Source: Deltaproteobacteria bacterium
Lineage (GTDB): Bacteria > Desulfobacterota > JAJRXV01
Assembly (NCBI GenBank): GCA_024276115.1
Contig: JAJRXV010000034.1
Span: 1 to 12,418, forward strand
Direction: 5' to 3'
DNA: 12,418 bases
A program made the position numbers and the translations under genes. Positions within the stretch are counted from its first letter, which is position 1. The number at the start of each line of letters is the position of its first letter. The notes under the pieces are model-generated. The model was not told the origin of the DNA. It made no database searches and was given only the letters and a program-made list of their open reading frames with translations. Shown here in pieces: positions 6,634 through 12,418 of the stretch.

Positions 6634-7614
6634 TCATTCCGAATTCTTCATTCCTAAAGCTCTCTCCATCAATCCGCAGATCATATCATCATACGAAAAT
6701 CCGGCTTTTTCAGCCTGTATCGGGTACAAGCTACAATGCGGTGACAAGCCCGGCAGCGCGTTTATCTCGAGTATCTGCGGCACGCCGTTTTGGTCGATTC
6801 TGATGTCGAGCCGCGCGAGGTCTTTCAGGTCGAACAGCTCAAACGCCGCCAAAGTGTACTCCTGCATTTCCCGCTCCAGCGCTAAAGGAACCTTAGCCGG
6901 GCACTCAAGCGTCTCCTCGATGTGCAGCTTACACTCATACGAGTAGAACGGGCTCTTACCCTCGTGGAATATCACCTCAATGAGCGGTAGCACATGCGTC
7001 GTTTCGGTCTGCAACACCGCTGACGCGAACTCACGCCCATCGACAAACGCCTCGACCAGCGCCGGTTGCCGGTAGTGGGAGAGCACCCACTCCACCTGCT
7101 TTTTGAGCTGGTCAGAGTCGATCACCTTAGAGTGGTTGCGGATACCCTTGCTCGTCCCTTCACGCGACGGCTTGACAAACATCGGAAATCCGAAACCGAT
7201 ATCAGAGAGGTCAGAAACGTCAGACACCAGCTTGAAATCCGGTGTCGGGATGCCTTCGGCACGCAATATCCGCTTTGTATGCGCCTTGTCGAGCGTCAGA
7301 GAAAGCGAAAGCGCGTCTGAGCCGGTGTGCGGTATCCCCATCATCTCAAATATAGTCGGGGCGTATCCTTCCCGGTTGCGACCACCGAAACCCTCCGCAA
7401 TGTTGAATACCGCGTCAGGTTTCGCGCGTAGCACGTTCTCTATAAACTCCGCGTTGCACGGAAGGTGCACAATATCACTCGAAATGTTCTTGAGTGCGTT
7501 ATGGATTGCGTCGATCGTTTCGCGCTCCTCATACTCCGCGGCGCTGTCGATTATATGCGTCTCATGCAAAGTCTCATCAGACTTAAGGTTATAAGCAAAA
7601 CCTATTTTTGTCAT
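6634..7614 (-). CDS. D-alanine--D-alanine ligase family ATP-grasp enzyme (326 aa), atypical member
   Basis: Central and C-terminal blocks align to Ddl: GFGGRNREGYAPTIFEMMGIPHTGSDALSLSLTLDKAHTKRIL, FPMFVKPSREGTSKG and RLDIRIDQNGVPQILEINALPGLSPHSLYP. The N-terminus lacks the usual GG(K/T)SAE(R/H)EVS motif. AAGGAAG RBS 5 nt upstream. Confidence 0.8.
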   Translation of the reverse strand: MTKIGFAYNLKSDETLHETHIIDSAAEYEERETIDAIHNALKNISSDIVHLPCNAEFIENVLRAKPDAVFNIAEGFGGRNREGYAPTIFEMMGIPHTGSDALSLSLTLDKAHTKRILRAEGIPTPDFKLVSDVSDLSDIGFGFPMFVKPSREGTSKGIRNHSKVIDSDQLKKQVEWVLSHYRQPALVEAFVDGREFASAVLQTETTHVLPLIEVIFHEGKSPFYSYECKLHIEETLECPAKVPLALEREMQEYTLAAFELFDLKDLARLDIRIDQNGVPQILEINALPGLSPHCSLYPIQAEKAGFSYDDMICGLMERALGMKNSE

Positions 7615-7693
7615 TGTTCTTCCTTGAAATTAAATTGTCACCCGAGTACGCCGCCCCATCATCGCCGAATGTTTATATAGAATCAATACTCTA

Positions 7694-7730
7694 AACAAAA
7701 AACGTCATCCCCAAAGGTCTCTATTGGGAT
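7694..7730 (-). terminator. Candidate rho-independent terminator downstream of the histidine kinase gene
   Basis: Minus strand: imperfect hairpin ATCCCAATAGAGACCTTTGGGGAT followed by GACGTTTTTTGTTT. It lies about 140 nt past the kinase stop. Confidence 0.4.
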
Positions 7731-7868
7731 CCATATTCAAAACATCCTGTTAAACTTAAGCGTTTTCGCTTTCGCTCAATATGTTTTAGTCCTAGGTCCC
7801 GATTAAAACCTCGGGAATGACGTGGCGAAAACACCACCTATTCAATTGCAGGGTTAATGCCTATGAGG

Positions 7869-10088
7869 TTACTTCTTTGGTTTATCGCGGTCATTTTCGC
7901 CAAAATCCCGAAGTTTTTGTAGGTAAAAATAGTTTTTGCTCTTTGGTAAAGTAAATGTGAAAGTAGTGCCTACTCCGAGCTTACTTTGCAGGTCAAGCTT
8001 ACCGTCAAGTTTTTTGACCGCTTTTTTCACAATATTCAGCCCAACCCCGGTTCCTTTTACTTCTCTAGAAGGGTTGATCCTGCCAAATATCTTGAACACA
8101 TTGTCAAAATCGCCTTCATCGATTCCGATACCGTTGTCCTGCACAGAGAAATTTAACCAATCCCCGGTCTCCTCGCAGGATATCGTCACGACCGGTTGTA
8201 CCCCTTTTTGGGAGAATTTGATAGCATTACTGATAAGGTTGGAAAACACTTGAGTAATCAGCGCTTTGTCAACATAAATCATCGGCAGATTACCATTTAT
8301 CTCAACAATGGCGTTTTTCTCCTCTATAATATGTCCTAGAACCCCTTTAATGATCCTTATCTCTTTTACCAGATCTATCCGCTCGACGTGTTTTTTTGTC
8401 CTACCGACTTTTGTCAGAATGAGCAAGCTGTCTAACAGTTCGAACATGTGGATAATATTGTTGTTTATTTTTGACATGCTCTCATCGTTTGTTGTGTCAC
8501 CATTCTTGTGCAACTCATAATCCACTACATTGATAACCCCCTGTATCGCTACCAAGGGGGTTTTAATATCATGTATAATCGAGTTAATGTTAAAATCAAG
8601 CTCCTCATTCGCTTTTTCAAGCTGTACCTTAGCCTCTGTCAGCTTATCCTCATCTAAACGCTTTTCAGTTACATCTCGTGATATAACGCTTATCAGGTTT
8701 TCTGATGAACTAAGCCTCGCCATAGATATGTTGTGAGTCCTCCTTGCGCCAGTCGCGGTAAGTACCTCGATATCTTGATGTATCGGTATAGCAGTCGAGA
8801 CCAGGCTCTTTACAAAAAAATTCTTTATCTGTTCTAGTGACTCATAGTGGAAAATATCGTATATGGTCTTACCGATACAATCTTCTGGCGTAGCTTCAAA
8901 CATCTTTGCCCAAGCCGCGTTCACCTCAACTATTTCAATAGACCTGAACAGCGCTATCCCCTCAAAAGCATCATCCATCACCATCTTATATTTTTCTTCC
9001 GAAAGGGTGAGCTCGCTCTTCAAAACTGTTTCGGTATTGAGGTGCGCTTCCGCCTCCTCTTCTCTTATCCGTTTTCTGTTCAGCTCAAAGTGCAGGTACG
9101 AAACTACAAGCATAAAGATGAACATGACCGCCAGTATGATAAAAACATATTGGAAATTTTTCTGCAACAAGAAGTTTACTTCCCGGTAGGGAACAGAGAC
9201 TATGACATGCCACGTTCTGTTGGCTATTTTTAGAGTTGTGAAAGCCGCAAACCTTTTAGTAACCATAAGTTCTTCACCAGGTAGCTCTGACCCAAGAGCG
9301 TACGAGCTATAGCCTTCTTTATCTAACATTACTTTGTCTAAAAAAAATCCATATTCTTTGCCCGCCTTGCCAATATCGCAGGTGGGGGCGAGGCAGTTAC
9401 CATATAAATGCAACCCTGACAGTTTTTTACATGTTGACTCGATACTGACACCCACTTCATTAACTATGTTCAGGTTGTAAGAGCTTTGGGCTTCAAGAGG
9501 CTCAATATACTTTTCTCTCAACTTGTTGATCTGAATTAAAAGCCCCAAAGCCCCCTTGTATTTATTATCATTATCAAATACAGGCACATAAAGGCTGGCG
9601 GCATAATCCCTCGGAGTATCAAGCTGGTAGATATCGCTTAATATCGGACTGCCATCTAGCAAGGTCTGCTTGTTATCATTTAGTGTAAGGAAATCATAAT
9701 CATTTTGCAACTGTTCAACATCTAAATTTTCTGGTAAAGAGTAAACTATTTTATCTTTTTCATCTAATACAATAATATTGTAGGCTACTCCATGGTGTAA
9801 CACTTCCTTGAGATTGTTTCTGATAAAGTAGGGGCTGTTCATGATATTCATGTTGATCGTATCAGGGTTTTCCTTGAGGTTTTCTAGATCATCCACCAGT
9901 AGCCCTATTTTTGACTTCAGCTCATTGGCTATAACCTTCGCCATGATTAACTGGTTCTTTGAAAATTGTGTGTTTATTTTTTCTTCGGTATCTACGTGAA
10001 TATAAAAAGCGATTACTGAAATTACTAGAAAAACTAATACCGATAACACCCATGTAATATAATGGATTTTAATTTGTTGTTTGCTCAT
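7869..10088 (-). CDS. Sensor histidine kinase: TM - roughly 270-aa periplasmic sensor domain - TM - coiled coil - PAS - HisKA - HATPase_c (739 aa)
   Basis: TM1 at about residues 12-32 and TM2 at about 311-333 (YVFIILAVMFIFMLVVSYLHF). H-box IIHDIKTPLVAIQGV. N-box VFSNLISNAIKFS. G-boxes VQDNGIGID and GTGVGLNIVKK. PAS-like segment between coiled coil and H-box. No obvious SD before ATG. No cognate response regulator is adjacent. Confidence 0.9.
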   Translation of the reverse strand: MSKQQIKIHYITWVLSVLVFLVISVIAFYIHVDTEEKINTQFSKNQLIMAKVIANELKSKIGLLVDDLENLKENPDTINMNIMNSPYFIRNNLKEVLHHGVAYNIIVLDEKDKIVYSLPENLDVEQLQNDYDFLTLNDNKQTLLDGSPILSDIYQLDTPRDYAASLYVPVFDNDNKYKGALGLLIQINKLREKYIEPLEAQSSYNLNIVNEVGVSIESTCKKLSGLHLYGNCLAPTCDIGKAGKEYGFFLDKVMLDKEGYSSYALGSELPGEELMVTKRFAAFTTLKIANRTWHVIVSVPYREVNFLLQKNFQYVFIILAVMFIFMLVVSYLHFELNRKRIREEEAEAHLNTETVLKSELTLSEEKYKMVMDDAFEGIALFRSIEIVEVNAAWAKMFEATPEDCIGKTIYDIFHYESLEQIKNFFVKSLVSTAIPIHQDIEVLTATGARRTHNISMARLSSSENLISVISRDVTEKRLDEDKLTEAKVQLEKANEELDFNINSIIHDIKTPLVAIQGVINVVDYELHKNGDTTNDESMSKINNNIIHMFELLDSLLILTKVGRTKKHVERIDLVKEIRIIKGVLGHIIEEKNAIVEINGNLPMIYVDKALITQVFSNLISNAIKFSQKGVQPVVTISCEETGDWLNFSVQDNGIGIDEGDFDNVFKIFGRINPSREVKGTGVGLNIVKKAVKKLDGKLDLQSKLGVGTTFTFTLPKSKNYFYLQKLRDFGENDRDKPKK

Positions 10089-10232
10089 CTGTTTTTTAGA
10101 CTCTTGACCGTTATTATACTAGACACTTTTACCTCTGTAGCTCTGTTGTGTAGCGTACATTTCAGATACGCTAATAAGCATAGACTTAAGTATATGTTAT
10201 CATATTGAGATGTCAAGTAGATTATCCGGCTG

Positions 10233-10275
10233 AAAAACGCCAAAGAAACATCGCGGCGCGCGTCAACTGGCGTTA
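10233..10275 (-). terminator. Candidate rho-independent terminator downstream of the AmmeMemo fusion gene
   Basis: Minus strand: CGCCAGTTGACGCGCGCCGCGATGTTTCTTTGGCG stem-loop followed by TTTTTC. It is about 120 nt past the stop at 10394. Confidence 0.4.
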
Positions 10276-10393
10276 CCAAAAAAACAAAAAAGACGCGAAA
10301 TATTAACCCGGCAATTAAATATAAAGACTCAGGGACGACGGCAGGAGTATTACACTATACATTTTATCGCCGGGCTAATAATCTGACCCGTGG

Positions 10394-11821
10394 CTACTTA
10401 CCCATCACCTCATCCCACGAGAACACCTGCGCGCTGAAAAGGTATATCTCGGTATCATTATCCTTCCACGCGTCCCTGCCAAGCCCGGCTTTGTTGCATG
10501 TCTGCTCGAGGAACGTCTTTGAGTCCCAGCCGTATTCGGTCGCTACCTGCGGCAGGAGTACCCCCCGGTTGTAACCTTGTATTATGTATATACCGTGCTT
10601 GCCCACTTCTATCTCAGTTACATCGCGCGTCCTTCTCATTGGTGTGAGGACAGATATTTCGTACTTCAGCTCATCTAGCTCGCTTGCGGTGACGGTCGGG
10701 AAGCGCGGGTCTTGAGTCGCCGCGCTCATAGCCATATCGACGATATTATCGCAAAGCGGCTTGTCAGAGGTGAAGTTCCCGATGCAGCCTCTGAGGCGTC
10801 CATCCTTCTTGATCGTGACGAAAACACCGCTTTTTTCGAGCAGATTCGGGTTCTTTATCTCTCTGAGCTTTGGCTTTTTCTTGCTTTTTATGTATCCATC
10901 AACCGTATCCTTCGCGATCTTCAACAGTTGCTTCTTTTCGTTCAGCGTCAGCTCCTTACCCTCGCTGGCGCCTTTCTTCGCGCCCTCAGTGTGATAAAAA
11001 GCGACAGCAGCGTAACCGACCACTTCTGACGTGGGTCCTTTTTCACCGGTAACATCACCTGAGTTGGCAGAGTGAAGCATCCTCGCGTCACCCGCGCCGA
11101 GACGGTTCATCACCTTGAGCAACGCCTCTACCGGGAGTATACCGCAAAGCTCAGAACTCTTCGCCGCGTTCTTCCGCGTCAGCTCTGTGTCAGACATCTT
11201 TAGTATCGACTCAAACGCGGAGCTGTCCATCTTTTTCGCGGTGTTATAGTTGTGATAATGGGAAAAATCAGAGCTAGCGATAATCAGAATATTCTTCCGC
11301 GTCGCTATCTCAGTGAGCGCGTCGACAAAATTATCTGTCGCCGATCTATCAGGAGCGCCGAGCACCGCTACGACTATCTTCACATCCTTAAAAACCGTTT
11401 GCAGGAATGGTAATTGCACCTCTAGCGAATGCTCTTGAGCGTGCGCCTCTTTGACGTAGCTTACGCCATCTATTGCTGACAGCTCCGCGGCTATCTCCTC
11501 ATCGACCCGCATATCACCGAGCGGAGTCTGATACACGCCACCCGGGAATACCGATATGCCTCTGAAATACGCGCGATGGCTCGGCCCGAGTAGTATTACG
11601 GTATCGATCTTGTCAGGCGCGGTAATCGTGTTGTACGAGTACGCCGCGACACCACCGGAGTAGATGTAGCCCGCGTGAGGTACTATCAACCCCAGCGGGT
11701 TGCCGGCTGGTAACTCAGGCAGTTTCGCCTTTGCGCTAAAATCAGTTATCACTTTCTTTATCTCTTTCGGGTCTGCCGGGTAGAACGCTCCGGCTACAGC
11801 GGGTTTTCTCACCAGGTTCAT
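10394..11821 (-). CDS. Fused AmmeMemoRadiSam system protein B (MEMO1-like) plus protein A (AMMECR1 domain), about 475 aa from ATG 11821
   Basis: N-terminal half: PAVAGAFYPADP, LIVPHAGYIYSGGVAAY, LLGPSH, HAQEHSLEVQLPFLQ, SSDFSHY and VVGYAAVAFY are MEMO1-family hallmarks. C-terminal half: GVFVTIKKDGRLRGCIGNF, ATQDPRFPTV, LLPQVATEYGWD and CNKAGL are AMMECR1 hallmarks. Start set at the internal ATG with a strong AAGGAGGAG RBS. The ORF-track extension begins at a TTG. Confidence 0.85.
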   Translation of the reverse strand: MNLVRKPAVAGAFYPADPKEIKKVITDFSAKAKLPELPAGNPLGLIVPHAGYIYSGGVAAYSYNTITAPDKIDTVILLGPSHRAYFRGISVFPGGVYQTPLGDMRVDEEIAAELSAIDGVSYVKEAHAQEHSLEVQLPFLQTVFKDVKIVVAVLGAPDRSATDNFVDALTEIATRKNILIIASSDFSHYHNYNTAKKMDSSAFESILKMSDTELTRKNAAKSSELCGILPVEALLKVMNRLGAGDARMLHSANSGDVTGEKGPTSEVVGYAAVAFYHTEGAKKGASEGKELTLNEKKQLLKIAKDTVDGYIKSKKKPKLREIKNPNLLEKSGVFVTIKKDGRLRGCIGNFTSDKPLCDNIVDMAMSAATQDPRFPTVTASELDELKYEISVLTPMRRTRDVTEIEVGKHGIYIIQGYNRGVLLPQVATEYGWDSKTFLEQTCNKAGLGRDAWKDNDTEIYLFSAQVFSWDEVMGK

Positions 11822-11985
11822 CCTCTTTCTCCTCCTTGGAGTTTTTTTCGGTGCGGTATTTTTTGTCTTGGTGACACTCTTGTCGTTATTTTTCGCGGGG
11901 CTCTTCTCACTACACGAAGCTGTGACAAAAGTGACAAAAAGTATCAACAACAGTAATTTTTTAATAATAAACTCCTTATTTCAAA

Positions 11986-12014
11986 AGTATATTTGACATA
12001 GTTTCGCTTGTCAA
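11986..12014 (-). promoter_or_regulatory. Near-consensus sigma70 promoter (-35 TTGACA, 17-nt spacer, -10 TATACT) upstream of the AmmeMemo fusion gene
   Basis: Minus-strand reading: TTGACAagcgaaactatgtcaaaTATACT. It would give a leader of about 158 nt. Confidence 0.5.
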
Positions 12015-12217
12015 TGTTTTTATGTATCAAGACCGCACTGCTTGCAAAGACAGGTTCCCACCGTAGAGCAGGCGTTTCACCTCTCTAAACCATAAGTATT
12101 CCTACAATAGACATTGCGAGTCAGAAAAAAGAAAACCCCCTCTTGTTTTAAGGGTTTCAGTGAGTTATAATACTCACCTGTTAGGTGAAACCAAAAAAAG
12201 AAAGAGGGGGTGAATGG

Positions 12218-12418
12218 ATGAGACCGCAAACAGTGCGACGAATCAACCTAAAAAGGGCGAAAGCCAAAATAACCGCCCGCAGCGGCCTTTTGCTTGTCGC
12301 GGAGTTCAACAAGGCGCTCGGCGTAAAGCGCGTTCCGTCCTCGTCTGCGACCGGTGACAGGCTGAAAAAGATGGGCGAGCGCGGCGGGATCCAAGGACTC
12401 GAAAAAGTCAACGAGGGG
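12218..12418 (+). CDS. Partial ORF (first 67 codons, runs off the window end), possibly the N-terminus of an IS-family (IS4/IS1380-like) transposase
   Basis: ATG at 12218 with GAGGGGG RBS 7 nt upstream. Translation MRPQTVRRINLKRAKAKITARSGLLLVAEFNKALGVKRVP... resembles the S/AGLLLLxEF...LGL N-terminal motif of IS4/IS1380-type transposases. GC-rich. This is weak evidence. Confidence 0.3.
   Translation, partial: MRPQTVRRINLKRAKAKITARSGLLLVAEFNKALGVKRVPSSSATGDRLKKMGERGGIQGLEKVNEG

Noticed and set aside
4742-7759. Shared 7-mer CTTAAGC near both edges of the first GC-rich block (about 4742 and about 7753) as possible target-site duplication
   Set aside because: A 7-bp match is expected by chance in 12 kb on two strands. 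No flanking inverted repeats or integrase were found.
7796-7816. Hairpin TCCCGA-ttaaaacc-TCGGGA just downstream of the kinase stop
   Set aside because: A perfect 6-bp stem but no U-run on either strand. It does not qualify as an intrinsic terminator. The better candidate is at 7694-7730.
11822-11950. TTG-initiated extension encoding a lipobox-like LILFVTFVTASC plus Lys-rich stretch in front of the MEMO domain
   Set aside because: It has a TTG start with an SD about 21 nt away. It has no basic n-region, and a strong AAGGAGGAG RBS sits directly before the internal ATG. MEMO1 and AMMECR1 are cytoplasmic domains. Kept only as a low-interest note.
1-12418. CRISPR arrays, tRNA or rRNA genes
   Set aside because: No regularly spaced direct repeats of CRISPR type. 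No cloverleaf-like conserved tRNA elements or rRNA-like conserved stretches were recognised anywhere in the window.

Overview
This 12.4-kb bacterial window is a compositional mosaic, with AT-rich genes interleaved with two clearly GC-richer blocks. All protein-coding genes except the first and a partial one at the end lie on the minus strand.

From the left, the window contains:
- a single-domain CheY-like response regulator;
- a presumptive operon of a type IV (class III signal peptide) pilin, followed 12 bp downstream by a large DUF2723/TMEM260-like GT-C membrane glycosyltransferase with a C-terminal TPR domain;
- a strong rho-independent terminator;
- three tandem cold-shock protein (CspA-family) genes arranged as an exact 280-bp repeating unit;
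- an HU/IHF-family DNA-binding protein gene with a near-consensus sigma70 promoter;
- a GC-rich block carrying a flotillin-like SPFH membrane protein and a D-Ala-D-Ala-ligase-family ATP-grasp enzyme with an atypical N-terminus and omega-loop;
- an AT-rich orphan sensor histidine kinase (TM-periplasmic domain-TM-PAS-HisKA-HATPase);
- a second GC-rich block carrying a fused AmmeMemoRadiSam protein B (MEMO1-like) plus protein A (AMMECR1) gene, with no radical-SAM partner in the window;
- a structured leader and the first 67 codons of an ORF resembling an IS transposase N-terminus at the right edge.

No CRISPR array, rRNA or tRNA was seen.

The candidate novel system here is the pilin plus DUF2723/TPR glycosyltransferase pair, which may be a pilin O-glycosylation module using a transferase family not classically tied to pili. 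The lone AmmeMemo B-A fusion next to an IS fragment and the phased cold-shock gene triplication with nucleotide-level 5' conservation are secondary points of interest.

All calls rest on reading the sequence and the ORF translations by eye. No database search was run.
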